Shown here in pieces: positions 12,401 to 25,224 of a DNA stretch of 64,000 nt (position 1 is the stretch's first letter; each line of letters opens with the position of its first letter). The DNA is from Styela clava (taxonomy: Eukaryota): assembly GCF_964204865.1 (NCBI RefSeq), contig NC_135251.1:620001-684000 (forward strand), in the 5' to 3' direction. Below the pieces are notes generated by a model. The model had not been told where the DNA came from and ran no database searches. It worked only from the letters and a program-made list of their open reading frames with translations. Made by a program: the position numbers and the translations under genes.

Positions 12401-12680
12401 GTGCGCGTAAGAACTTTTCAATTCAATATAAATTCCACTTTGATGCAGGCGCATTTAAAAACAATGCTTGATGGCGGAATCGAAATAATCGCAACATCGG
12501 TGAACATGACAGCAAAGCTCAAATTTAAGGAGTCGAGCGAGCAATTGTGCTCAACTGAAACAAAACAAATCATTTTCTCAGCGTTTTAAAAGTCGACTTT
12601 TATTCTGTTCTTCCATTGCCCCGGAGAAGACTTTCTATACACACTTTTGAAAAGTTGGCTATACTATATATTATTACCAG
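12401..12680 (+). pseudogene. FGF-like copy, well-preserved core
   Basis: Open VRVRTFQF..HLKTMLDGGIE..TAKLKF..STETKQII; frameshifted KSRL..PEKTFYTHF*KVGYTIY. Confidence 0.7.
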
Positions 12681-12719
12681 CTGTACATGTATCACTAACA
12701 AGGACACATATTTAGTACG

Positions 12720-13690
12720 GTAACGCGCTTAGCTATCTATCTTGGCAGACAAAGTTGACGAAATAGAGATTTTCCCTTATTTCAGAAAAACTTTCCCGGA
12801 TTAAATAAATAATGAAATTTTGGGGCGAAAAAGGGGAAATTATTGGGCTCGAGAAAAATTGAAGAAAAACATGAAAATATTTAAACCATCACTAAGAAAC
12901 AATTTGAAATCGTTAGCCCAATTATTTCCGGAAAAAATGCAATTCTTTCACAACAACAATCCTACCAGCAACACTTTAACGATCCAAACTGCGTGTCCAA
13001 TCTTTCTCTTGCTGCCTCAGCAAAACTATCTTGGAACAACGCCTTGAATCTATTCCTAATGTGGCAAACAGGTCAGAGCAAATGAAGATAAAATTGTCGA
13101 TTATTACAAAATTATTACCAGTATAATTAGGCTTTGAGAAATCGTGTAAAATGAGACCGGAATTTTAGTGTTAGTTGTGGTGCGATGTACTTTTCCTGGT
13201 TAGTGTGGGATTTGATTGACATTTCGGACAGAATTAATTTCTCTGAATATATATTGACTATGCAATTATTCAAGCCATGTTTTATGTATATGTTCTAAAA
13301 TAATCTTAATTAACGTCAAGTACAAAGTAACTTGATTTAATGATCGATCGACAAGCTTTTTTGGTATGGCATTAACCACATTAAACAATTTGACGTACAC
13401 ACATTCAATGTATTAGAAATTCGCGAATTTTTCAACTAAAACAACGGAAAGCTTTATAAACTGTTATGGATTTAACAAAGAGAATCAGAACATCTTGTTT
13501 CTCAACCATTTTCGATATATTCATCTCTTTAACTACTTTAGATCCCTTCATTGCTTCCTCACTATGCTTTCCTTTTCAATCTTAAAGAATCTTCAGCTAT
13601 GGATTTTGTGCGGTTTGTATAGTTTATAGAATGCACATGAATACGCATCAAGATAAAAATAAATAAACAAAGAGTATTAGTAGTAAACTG
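12720..13690 (-). pseudogene. FGF-like copy with separate signal/furin exon
   Basis: TLCLFIFILMRIHVHS-INYTN..RLKR; exon from 13055: VKELHFFRK*LG*RFQIV-SDG; NFVCQDR. Confidence 0.55.
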
Positions 13691-14415
13691 CGCCGAATAC
13701 AAACTCCCTCTCCAAAAAAAAACAATAACAACAACAACAAAATTATTTTCTAGAGGAGAATTCCTCACCGGCAGAAGAATGGGATTGTAAAGTATAATAT
13801 CATATGGGATCTATACGGATATGCATGAACGGACTGATCATTCTCCAAGCCTTACGAATCAATTCACAATCGAATGATACATCATATCACAATGCTATGA
13901 AATATGTGGAATTTTTTCAAAGTATAATTATGTTGGAAGCAAAATGACGTTGATTGAACCTAATTTACCACCGATCTACGTCACTCTCATTAATCCTATG
14001 ATTAAGGTGTTTTAAAATGAAACTTTGTTCCCGTTGAAACATTTTGTGGCGTGATGGCCTAGTTTTGCCATCGCGGGTAATAGATAATAACCAAACTGAA
14101 ACTAAATTTTGATGTCTTAGATAAAAAATAGCTCAAAGAATTTGTTGAGATTGCGGTTAATTTAGTTTTGGCACGGGGCTTATTGTTTTCCACTGTGTAA
14201 TACTTTTGTCCACTTTTGTAATACTGTAATTATTGTTCATAAAATGTAACTTTTACGCCACACTCATATGGCCCGCCAGTCTAGGTGGGCAAAATTTTTG
14301 GCCCCTGGTTCAAAAACCTTGCTCACCCTTTTTCCTAAACCATAGATCTTTACCTAGCGATGGCTTCTTATACAGAGCCTTGCTCGGAGAGTATGAAAAC
14401 GTCGCATGAAAATAA

Positions 14416-14617
14416 GGATCTTTTGTACAAAGCTACCGCTACTAATGCAAAAAATAGAGTCTTGGAACACCCCGGCCACGTTTTAAAATGACAAGTTACT
14501 AATTATCCAATTCGGGTCAGGAATGATTTGAAATTTCGAATTTCCAATACTAACCTAACTGGATATTTACTAATCTTTTATTTTGATTGGTGGCGGGGAT
14601 TTTGTACAAAAGATCCA
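14416..14617. mobile_element. Small MITE
   Basis: TIR GGATCTTTTGTACAAA ... TTTGTACAAAAGATCC. Confidence 0.6.
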
Positions 14618-14669
14618 AAAATATTATCGAGCATGATGATACAAACTGCTTCACACCATTGATCCCAGT

Positions 14670-14850
14670 CAATGATAATCTCGGCGACCCCAGAATTTTT
14701 TTTCTATATGTAACAGCATTACAAGATTATTGATTCGCGGGATACAATGTGAATCTATGGTTGTTTTGGAATAATCTCTATCAAATTTTCAACACTCAAA
14801 GATGGGGGTATCTCCTAGATTTGGGGCAGTGATTATCAAACCACCTTCCA
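14670..14850 (+). pseudogene. FGF-like fragment
   Basis: NDNLGDPRIFFLYV; NTQRWG. Confidence 0.35.
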
Positions 14851-15424
14851 GAAAGTGTCAACATTTTTGCCCCCCTACTCTTCTATAAGAATGAAGTTTT
14901 GCTTCTAACACGTTCCTACCCGTCCCTTTATAGGTCGAGTTTAAAAAATGAAGCTGAACCAACAAACGGAAGCCAAATATTAAATACATACAGTCAAAGA
15001 ATTAAACGAATCATAGTCAATTTACTTTAATGTAATTTAATCGTCGTAAATGGTATCTAGCGGAAGCCTTTGGTCGTTCGTTCCCAGAGAGGCCAAAAAA
15101 CCAGTTTGAGAAACCCTGTCCTAAAGTATTTTTTATTTTTATATTTTCTCTCGGCGTCATTGGGGTCATTTCGAACGCAAAATTTTCATGAACTGGTTGA
15201 AAAATTGCGCAACAGCGATTCTTTCCCACTCAATCGAGATTTGATGTGCCAGCCAATCGGGACATATCATTCCGTTATGGAAAGCACTATAGTTTCGGAA
15301 AGTTTTTTCAAAATTTCACCTCTTTGAAAATGGTTTGATCTTTTTAAAACTTACGGTACAAACTTTTGCAAACATTCTCCATGCCATACTGACTATATCC
15401 AGCTTATATAAATATTTGATATAA

Positions 15425-15760
15425 TTAGGCTTATTCATATTCGTTTTACTATTACTGCTGCTAAGCCAAAACTACAGCAAAATTTATCCAAATTTATTGA
15501 AATAGAACTAAAACGTGCAGGACGTTACGAAAACGGGTCAATGTCAAAAAGAACAGTCTGAAAAAATGCCCGAGCGAATGAAAAGTGTTTGGCAGTTTCG
15601 ATTGTTGAATCAAATACTTCCTCATCAGCCGTCGACGACAAATTTAGAAACAATTCAGTTTCGTATTTCCAGTTTGATGGTGCTAATAAACTGCATGTCT
15701 GATCTCACTTTGCTTGGACAAAACGTTACTGAACAAATTTGTGAAAGCTATTTAAACCAC
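15425..15760 (+). pseudogene. FGF-like copy, N-terminal part
   Basis: LGLFIFVLLLLLLSQNYS leader; DDKFRNNSVSYFQF..NKLHV; LLGQNV. Confidence 0.5.
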
Positions 15761-16999
15761 TTAATCATGCTTTATCCCTGTGATATTTCGTTGAATATGA
15801 CCAAGGAAAAAATTTCAATGAGTAAAATAATAGCAAGCATTATTATTGAAATCCTGCTATGGAAACTGAAGATTAAATCATCATGAAATCCAACTTCATT
15901 ACTCATTTCTAAATTTATTTCCCCTCGCTGTTCATAAAAACTCTGTTTCTGTTTTTTTGTTACTCAATATTCAATGTATCATTACTTACAACTCTGGCTT
16001 TTTTACAGTGAATAGTTAATAATATGAGCGTAAATCAGTATCACAACAATATTAATAAAGTGAAGGTTATTTGTATAACTACAAAAAAATGAAATTCTCT
16101 CTTCAAATACCATAACATTTCTCTTCACGGAGAAATCACGTCAAAAAAAAAGCAATCAATCAAACCAACATTTTACTTTCCTTTCGAAATCTTTCACACA
16201 CATTGTACAGGATATATTTAATCTAGACTAGCTCAATTCATTTTCACAAATAATTCCAATGTCTGTTAATCACTATAATACTACATCAGGGATGTGTATA
16301 AGTCACTAAACCCCACGTTGCAAGAGTCATCCAAGGTCATTCACTGAGTAAGGTCTCACAGACCGAGACAGTGATAAATGGTGACGCGAATCGAGGCAAT
16401 GACAGAGATAAATCTTACTGACGTCGTCAGATACTATTCCGAATCAGTAAACATACATGAATGTAAGAATTGCAATCCATTGAACAATATCTTAACGCCC
16501 ACTGTCGAAGCGGAACTTCTCGTTTTTATTTATCTTTTCCAATTTACGCTTCCCGATGCTCAGATTATCGTTATGGTGAATAATTGCATTAGTTGCCTAC
16601 TCGCTGTTTAGTCAGAAAATAGCTCCTATTTTTATCAAAACAATACAGCTGTCTAAGTAAGTGTTTCCCAACTTATGGGTTACGACCCAAAATTGAGTCG
16701 CCTGCAAAAAATTTTATTTGGGTCGCTTTGTTTATTCAACAAAAACCTAAAAGTTACTCATTTCATTTTATAGTAAATTTTATTATTTATTTCATATTTG
16801 TATTGAAGTGTCAGTAAATGTATATGTGAAAAGTATCGAAGCGTAAAAACCTAATTAATGTAAACATAATTACGTAAAGCCACGCCTTAATTTCAAAAAC
16901 TCCCTTATGGCATATAGGCGCAGCTTTCTCAATTTGAGTTTATTTTTGGTGAATTTCTTTTATTCATTGTTACCGATAGAAAAGTTTTGAACACTGATC

Positions 17000-17222
17000 T
17001 GCATCAACGTAAAAGTCAAGCGTATTCTAATGTGATTTGCAAGCAATACAACATTCCCGGAATTGGATGATTTATAATCCCGTTGTAGCCAGACCCGCGG
17101 TCTAGACATCGGTTGTGATTTATAAATAAGTGTTGTTGAAAGATGAGTGATGAGTTGGTTTTATAAAAAGAAAACCTATCCCAGGGAAATATTGTTTGTG
17201 GATCTACTGCAAGAGTCTGCAA
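17000..17222 (-). pseudogene. FGF8/17/18-like exon
   Basis: FQQHL then frameshifted MSRPRVWLQRDYKSSNSGNVVLLANHIRI (cf. SGKHVQVLANKRI). Confidence 0.6.
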
Positions 17223-17289
17223 CCCTTAATGTAGGAGTACCAGAAAAAAAATTCTGAGTGAAACCGTGGGTCGTACCTTTATTAAACAT

Positions 17290-17521
17290 AGGCTTTACAA
17301 TAGTTGAAAAACATTGTCACAGGCATAGATGATAGATTGGAATCAGATACAGGCTTTGCAACGCAAAGGGATTGGAATTACTCGGAAACAACCAGATGAA
17401 ACTAAATTAAAAACTCGTTTTGCGGGCCGCATCTCATTGAAAATCGACACTTCTCCTCGGGTCGCACAATTTTTCCTTGTGAGCCGCGTATGGCCCGCTG
17501 GCCGCAGGTTGCACATCCCTG
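17290..17521. mobile_element. hAT-like MITE, partial (family also at 22879-23186 and 36118-36390)
   Basis: End GGTTGCACATCCCTG; internal similarity to the copies starting CAGGGGTGTGCAATCTTTAATAC. Confidence 0.6.
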
Positions 17522-17970
17522 ACATACTGCACTTGAAATATTTTATACCACGACACCGCCTCGCTCGATTTTCTCTCCCTAATCTGAACCCCGCTCACCT
17601 CACATTTTCCAAATCATCCGATGGTTTTCAAACTTTCATGAACACTGGCTACCTTCTAAATACTCTCAAAATCTATCTACCTTTGCTTTTCTAGAAAATA
17701 ACACCTGGTTACAATTTTAACGACTTTCCATCAGGTATTTTAGGCGCCACGTTCAATACTAAAAGACGAGCATAAGAAAATAAATAAAATACATTTAAAA
17801 GATTAAACAAGTTACAGTCAATTTACTTTATTTCATGTAGTTTTAGCAAATGGTATCTATTGAAGGCTTTGACTGCGATACCAAAGAACCGACCAGTTGA
17901 CCTCAATGGGGATAGCGGGCCCTTTCAAGCAACCCGGTGGTAGAAGATCAATACTAGTTGTCATGTAATC

Positions 17971-18287
17971 AAGTGGTTTTCTAACGGTGGGACACGCCCC
18001 ACAAGGGAGGGCTTAGACGGTTTGTTTTGAGGTGGCGTTAAACTTATTAAAAATACAAATATTTGTTAGATTTGATCTTGCCAGCCGTATTTTGGATATT
18101 TACATTTCTTTATTTTAGATACTTACGTTCCATCCACGTATTTTCAACCTTTTTTTTTAATAGAACATACTTTCGCCTTACTATATGGTATTTGTAGCTT
18201 ATTGTTGGCTAATTATTTTTGAGATGGGACGCGAGACTTGACAAATACCAAAAAGGGGGCGTGGCTTAGAATGTTTGAGAACCACTG
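17971..18287. mobile_element. hAT-like MITE
   Basis: Ends AAGTGGTTTTCTAAC / TTTGAGAACCACTG; sub-terminal CACGCCCC / GGGGCGTG. Confidence 0.55.
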
Positions 18288-18539
18288 ATGTAGGGTTTCG
18301 GGATATCGACGACACTTCAATATTATAGATTTTTTTCAATTCTTGCCACATATTTGGCAACTTTCAACTGAGACTTGTCAGCTTTTAATGTCAAACTTTT
18401 TTGTCATTCTTGAGTCGGAATCAATTTATCACGAATTTCTGTAATTGTCATCCCTGCATTTCAGAATAGCTCGGTTAGAATAACGTCTGACCTAACCAAG
18501 ATTTCTTAATGCGACTTTTCGTTTATGAAGTAATACGAA

Positions 18540-18880
18540 TGTACAACTGGTGTAATGCAAACGATCAGTTTAGCCATTTGATATTGCTATAAATAAGTCT
18601 GTTAGCAACCACACGCTAGTTATCCAAGTGTTTTTACCAGTTTCGCAAATAAAAACGATGCGTAACCAAGTACCATTGCTATAATTACGATGAATTAAAG
18701 GTTTTGAGAAGACCGTGATTGATGGTTGCAGCGATTGTCACTTGGCAACGGCCTCAGATAAAATTATTGGTCACGTTGCACGAGAAGGTCATGGATGAGT
18801 CCAAATAACGTGCTCTGATTTATCAACACGGTTTTACTGAATGCAGAGAATAGTTTTTGCGATGGCCTAGTACTCTATAT
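18540..18880 (+). pseudogene. FGF-like copy
   Basis: FSHL..SLL..LSKCFYQF; EGHG*VQI..STRFY*M. Confidence 0.4.
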
Positions 18881-19344
18881 AGTAGTTATAAACAAGTCAC
18901 AGACAAGTTTTGAAATTAATGTGATCATGGAGGATGGTACCTGATGAGAGCCGAATATTCGACAATTGAGCAACCCAACGGGTTTATTCATTTATTCCAT
19001 GAATGATGTTCACACATTTTGAATCCGTGTTGCATAATTATGTTCTCTAGGAGGATTGCTAGACTTCTCACCTTTGTATAGGGTGGTTAACGTAAGAGCT
19101 GGCCAGTTACGGCTTCCTCCACTATCAAAAACATGAATATGGAACGAATAACTAATTAATCCAATATTACATATTTTTCACACTGAATTTATTTCATTTT
19201 TTTTATTTGAGTTACGAATTTAGATTTGAGTTTGGACATAAAAAAAAAAAATTTGACTCCGACTGTTTCTCTAAACTAGGTTAACAAGATTTACTCAAGC
19301 CGTCTAACGCTCTCGACAATTTCTATAAAAAACTTTAGTATGCA

Positions 19345-19472
19345 AATAACTGGTTAACTAATCCCATACCCGGCATTAACTGGTAATCGGGCGAGCGGCC
19401 GTGGTTTGCCATATGATTGAGCCGTATTATCGGCTTTCGTTTCCCACTCCACGAGCTAATTATGCAAATCCA
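19345..19472 (+). mobile_element. SINE-like 3' body fragment
   Basis: GGCCGTGGTTTGCCATATGATTGAGCCGTATTATCGGCTTTC resembles a recalled ascidian SINE tail; not verified. Confidence 0.35.
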
Positions 19473-19499
19473 ACTGTATAGTTTCAACCATCATTCCAC

Positions 19500-20080
19500 A
19501 AAATCATTCTCTGCGGTCCGAGGTTGTCAATGTGGCTCGTACTACGAGTGATTGTACTTGCAACACAGCCAGGAGAATTTTTGTGCCGGATATGATTTAT
19601 TCCCTAGCCCACTAGCTGGGAAAGATCAGCGATATATATCTTCAGAAATGACGTTTATTGATTTGAGATGAGATTGTATTAACATTGGTCTAAATCAGAT
19701 AACTCAATAAAATGAAACATTCAGTTTGATACAATATCTGATCGCATCGAATTAAACTGCGTCTCTCGTCAATTGGTATTCACTAACGAGTAATTCACCA
19801 CTGTGATTATATTTGTTTTAGTAGCTTTTCTCACTTCAGTAGTTTACTCAGATATGAGCTTCCTTTTCTCCTATGTGAAATGCAACCCAATAAATCTACA
19901 TAGTTTTAGTAACTTTTGTTATCTCTGTTTGTCACTCAGAAAGGTGTCTCTTTTACTTCCGAGAGAGTTTGCTTAACCTTGTTCTAAGAAAATTCTCATT
20001 GCAAAAAAAAAAATTTGGATTGACGTTTGTCAACAGATGTATTGAATTCATCTTTTCTAATCTTTTTATCAGACTTCTGC
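19500..20080 (+). pseudogene. FGF8/17/18-like copy
   Basis: ARRIFVPDMIYS..*LGK, DGDC, FLLCEM, ERCLFYFRESLLN. Confidence 0.6.
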
Positions 20081-20469
20081 GGTGACAAAGATTGATAGCG
20101 TATGTTACAATGCTCTATGTTTGACAGAGTTTTCGATTTATGTCATAGTTTACTTTGAACTTCACTTTCTATTGGGATAAATTTATCCTATGAGATATCT
20201 TTGACTATCAATCAAACTGCTCACTGGCTAAGCAATGCGCGCATGATTAACATCGAAATTCCAGTCTAATTTCACACGATTTTTTCAAAGCATAATTATA
20301 CTGTTTTAATATTTCTCGTAATGATCGACAATTTTTTCTCTACTTTCCTTACGCTTGTTTTTTGACTAGAATGACTTGACATTTTGTAGCTAAACACACA
20401 CAATTTGTGAAAGGTTCGTAAGTGCTAGAAGCCCCGCAAAGGGGACCAGGATTAAAAACCACTGGTACA

Positions 20470-21200
20470 GATATTTAAACCGTTGACATACATATCCTTG
20501 TGCATGTGTTTTTTATTAATAAGCTAGGTAGTAACTTAATAAGATAATTTGCCGGAAGACACAATTCGAATGCTGTTCGAGTTAATTCATGATTTCAAAG
20601 TTGGGCCGAATCTGTAGGACACTTTTTAATCCGAACTAGGTTCTATGTAGGGTGCGTTCAAAAAATTTCGCTCGATTTCATAGTAATAACAAATGTAAGT
20701 TTAAATTAATTTTACTGTAATATAAATGCGAATAACAAGCACAATAAGAACTATTTATAAACAAAACAAAAAAGAAAATTCTGATTGTCATTACTATAAA
20801 ATCGGGTGAATTTTCTGGACATCCTGTATTTATTCACTGATACGGTATGAGCTACTAGATTTTGGAAACCCAGAGTCTCCCTTCCCAATTTATTACATCT
20901 GGGTGCGTTGCAATCCGGGAGTTTAGGTTGCGATGCCAACATGGTTAAGTTCAACGTTTCAATCGCTAGTAGGACTGGGAATTTTCGAATTCCTGATGAT
21001 TTAGAATTGAATCGAATCTCGAGTGCTTGGTAGTCAATGAGAAATACGTGATTGAATACGTCCTTTTTATTGTAATTTGTCCAATCAACACATAAACTAC
21101 GGAAAGCATAGAATATATTACTCAGACAGATTGCTGAGCGTTCGTTCACACGCCATAAAAAATACGTTTTTATCAATACCTCACTACAAAAAATAGTCAT
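20470..21200 (-). pseudogene. Near-complete FGF8/17/18-like copy
   Basis: FQNLV..MSRKFTRFYS; AKFF..T..-LVRIK..T; NCVFRQIILLSYYLAY**..GYMYV.GLN. Confidence 0.8.
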
Positions 21201-21354
21201 ATGTCAGAATTGTGTTGAAAATGATTGTTTAATTAAAAAACTTGGGTATTTATTTCGACCATTGGCGAAAAGAAAAAGAAAAATGGCGGCGTTTCAAAAT
21301 TTAGCTCTGAATCGTTTCGAATAATATACTATTCCATTCAAAATTCCCAGCCAA

Positions 21355-21680
21355 GGCCAATTCGATCAATATTTACCGCGTTCTTCAAAACAGAGATGAT
21401 TTACTGCGAAATGCTGTACAGTTTTACTGAAATATATCGACACGAATTACTTGACAATGACTGATCGATCGTTTCCTCATCCAAACGCAAAATATAAATC
21501 AATGTCGCCTTATCTCACCACAACGATATTACGATTGAAATTATCTAGGACTGAATGTCACAAATAATTGAAATTACCTGAGACTGAATTTCACAAATAA
21601 TTGGGCTCTTTTGTCATATTTATTGAATATTCTGTTGTGTGAAGTTTGCTTGAAGCAAAGTCGTTAGCCCCCAACGGAAA
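21355..21680 (+). pseudogene. FGF-like copy containing a 33-bp tandem duplication (~21533-21602)
   Basis: FDQYLPR, RDDLLR..VQFY*, RFLIQTQNINQCRLIS..RYY. Confidence 0.6.
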
Positions 21681-21701
21681 GTGATAAGCGCGCTTCAAAA
21701 A

Positions 21702-21790
21702 ATACCGTGTTTCCCCGAAAATAAGACAAGGTATTATTTCAATTTTATTTCAAAAAATAACACTAGGGCTTAGTTTTGGGGGATGTCTTT
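21702..21790 (+). mobile_element. Tc1/mariner (Tc2-type) terminal fragment
   Basis: TACCGTGTTTCCCCGAAAATAAGAC terminus; no partner end found. Confidence 0.4.
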
Positions 21791-22409
21791 CATTTTTATT
21801 TATCAAAAACAGAATTACAAAGTAGAGAATTACGAGATTTTCAAATATACAAAATATGAAAACACTTAACCATTTACATATAAATAAGATTATCTGTGAA
21901 TATTGCCCACCAAAGTGTAATAATTAGGGCAGACAATGCTAAACAAGAAAGATTCCAGCCCTTATAGAATAGCAAGTAGCTCTTACATACTATTGTCTGA
22001 TTGTACAAAGCCTTGTTCAAACGTCGTATTAAAAATTCAAAATGCAATAAAAATTATCACAGATATGCACATTAACAATATTTCATCAGCACTATTTCTG
22101 TGGCTTCAAAACATGGGTCTTCACCCCTTTACTTAGTACACTGTGATTGACTTTAAATAGCCTAGGAAATACTTGTGTTTGATAAAATAATAATAGACAT
22201 TTATATTCAGTATTCTTAATATAAAATACTCGGTTACTGCATCATGATTAAACCATTTTTACTGCTCACTAATCACTATCAAAACTTCTTGCCTCCACTC
22301 AGTGCTTCATGGGTAAACTTAGAATATCCAACAAAATACTTGAGTTACAATAAATAAAGAAAAACAACAAACACAATACATTAACGAGTCTCAACTTCTG
22401 ATTGGCCCG

Positions 22410-22555
22410 CATCAAAGGTTATCTACTGAGATACTTTACCTCCCGCATCTGCCAACAAAATATCTTTTAACGGATTTGCACAACAGATTGAGAAGCGTTG
22501 GACGGGTCATCGCGTATGACTGCAATTTTGAGTTGCAATATTAACTTCAAACCCA
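22410..22555 (-). pseudogene. FGF-like fragment
   Basis: FEVNIATQ; LNLLCKSVKRY-LLADAGGKVS. Confidence 0.4.
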
Positions 22556-22587
22556 TTCACACCACTTCATGTAAACAGGGTCACGGT

Positions 22588-22855
22588 CAATGTTCTCTCT
22601 AATTTTTTGTAGTATGTGTGCGCAGAAATTTTGGTGTGTGCGCACTTTTTTGGAAATGGCTAATATTTGTGCAAAAACCAATGAAGAAATTTTGGCGTTC
22701 TAACCGGGTGATAAGTGGGCCAACAACAAACTTTCTCCACCTGCCAACCGAGCACATTGTTACATTACATCGAAATACGTCTGTGCGCAGTAAATCTATG
22801 CGTGTGCGCAGCCTCTGAAAGCTGTGTGCGCGCGCACACCTTAGGGGGAACACTG
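22588..22855. mobile_element. hAT MITE
   Basis: TIR CAATGTTCTCTCTAA / TTAGGGGGAACACTG; perfect 8-bp TSD GTCACGGT. Confidence 0.9.
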
Positions 22856-22878
22856 GTCACGGTAGTATTTATCTACGC

Positions 22879-23186
22879 CAGGGGTGTGCAATCTTTAATA
22901 CGGAAGGGCCAAATACAAATAACTGGGTAAAATAGCGGACCACACCGCGCTGTTCGCTTTTTACATAGTAGACGTTATAGGCATAGATATAAAATTGATT
23001 GGACTCCGTCATAACTTTTGAACGTAAAGAGATTGGAATTACCCCAACGTACCAGATTTAACTACTGGTAAATCAAAAACTCTTTTCCTGGGCTGCACGA
23101 CGCACACCATTCAAAATTAGCATTTTTCCGTAGGTCACACAATTTTTCGTGTGGGCAGCATTTGACCCGCAGGTTGCACACTTCTG
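22879..23186. mobile_element. hAT-like MITE
   Basis: CAGGGGTGTGCAA ... TTGCACACTTCTG; homologs at 17290 and 36118. Confidence 0.7.
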
Positions 23187-23429
23187 AGTCCTGATTTGCA
23201 CGGATGCTCGTTTAGAACTACTGTTCTGCCACACATAGCTTAATGGAAATGCATGGGTTATGCCAGTGTATTTTAAGCTTTCACTTTCCGTGTGCCTTTT
23301 GCTCTTTTAATATAAATTTTGAATACAAGTTTTCTTTATTGCGTTCCCATTGGGTATTTCATGCGTATTGTTTAAAATGATCGCGAATTGTACCTAGTGA
23401 ATCCAGGACTATGCCGTGACATCATTGAG

Positions 23430-23660
23430 CCTAATTTTGAGCGAATGCTGCAAGAACGCGTGAATAACAAGAGAGAACTAACTCAATCGCTCCTGTGCAT
23501 ATGACAAATCGAATGCACCAATACATCAAAACATTGTTTTATACCAAAGAATCACCAGAGCTGCAAGAAAAAGTTTTCACCTGACGAAACTAAAAACTGA
23601 TCACACGTTGAATGTCAACTCCGTGATGTAAAAATATTTTTGTAATAACCATTAGACAAC
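23430..23660 (+). pseudogene. FGF8-like copy (best N-terminal match)
   Basis: PNFERMLQERVNNKRELTQSLLCI*QIECTNTSKHCFIPKNH aligns gaplessly to FGF8 PNFTQHVREQ...GKHVQVLANK; TGA at 23502. Confidence 0.8.
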
Positions 23661-23989
23661 AGGTCCAGTATAGCAACCATTTTCTGACGTAATATGTCAA
23701 GGTGACGTCATATTTATTACGAAGATGTTTTTGACGTAATCTGTCATCATTGTGACTTCATATTTATTAAGATATCTCCATATACTAGCCTGTATTTTGA
23801 AAAAACGAGAAATAGCTCACGACACTCAAAGAATTAATAATACTTATATTTTTATATTTAATTGGTGCGATACGGGAGGTTTCCAAACTTTTAAAACGCA
23901 CGGCGCCTTGAATTTCACATTGGTAAAACATGCACTTACTACAAGTAAAAGTATCATGTTATATGCAGATACAATGCGAACTGGTTTTG

Positions 23990-24292
23990 GGCGCATGAAC
24001 GATCGTACCATAATAAATGCCGGTCATCGTCAGAAGTATTTCTCTCTCGATGTTAGTTTCAGCATTCGATGTCAAAATTGTAACGCAGACAGACAAGAAC
24101 ACATTTTCCCATGAATTAATTGATATTCGCGTTGCACTCGAGGAAATGGGTATTGTTGCTGTATGTATATTGGGTTGGCTGTACATGGGTATGACATTGG
24201 TTGTATATGCATATGTGATTGGCTGTATATTTATATTTTGGACTTTAGTTATAGATCATACCAACCTACCGAAGCACTATCGTTTGTGTTAG
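23990..24292 (+). pseudogene. FGF-like copy
   Basis: KYFSL; LIDIRVALEEMGIVAVCILGWLYMGM; GCIF. Confidence 0.6.
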
Positions 24293-24539
24293 TGTGCTGA
24301 TCAGTTTTAAAACCACTGAGGTGAGAATTTTTTGAATGAAAATTTTCTTCCCAACTTTCCCAAATGTTGAACATTGAATCATCCGAATCCCAGGATGGCG
24401 ATGATTTTATAGCGAGACACAATTAAGCAAATTTACGTCACCACAACCTGGGCACGATATTGGCGCGCTAGGAATTACCTCATTACTTATACTATCAATA
24501 CCATCTGTTTGATTATATACATTGTTGCAAGCAAATTAC

Positions 24540-25000
24540 GTCAATGGTTGCTTGCAAATTTATTATATTTAGTTGTGAACTGGAGGCTGCGAAATACATC
24601 TTACAAATAAAACATATTTACGGGGCCTGTCAACCATGTTTTGTCCAATAGACCGGCAAAGTTTGGAAAACAAAATTTGAAAAACAAAATATAAATCACA
24701 GTTAATTTTTGCAATTTGTAAAACTAAATTTACCAAGCATTAGTAATGAACACTAATCACAATCTGATCAGCCTCGGCCAAACATGAATGGTTAGTAAAC
24801 TGAGGTATTTATGTGAGAATTATGGACGGCCTTATATTAGCTGCCACTGACCATTTATTGGCGTATTGTTGCAACTTATGCATGTACGCATTACGTCAGG
24901 TGAACATTTCACGATATCACCAGTTAACGTAATGTTATTATCCATATTGTATTCAAATGAATGCTGATTTAATATGACGGCAGACCTCACGTTATAGTAG
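24540..25000 (+). pseudogene. FGF-like copy
   Basis: KFIIFSC..AKYILQI; LRYLCENYGRPYIS; FN-DGRP. Confidence 0.6.
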
Positions 25001-25224
25001 CAAATTTTTTTGCAAATCTATAAATACCGACCCTTACGGTTCACAACCATTGGCAAATTTACTTATCGCATTTTACATGCTTCAACTTGATTGTGTACTT
25101 CAATCCCAAGCATCCACATCAACAAATCTTAATTGAAAATGATTCAAGAGTTTTGCTGAACACTAACACAAATATATTTCGTCTGACCGAGGTCAGACTT
25201 ATTCAGACATACATAACGAGCTAT

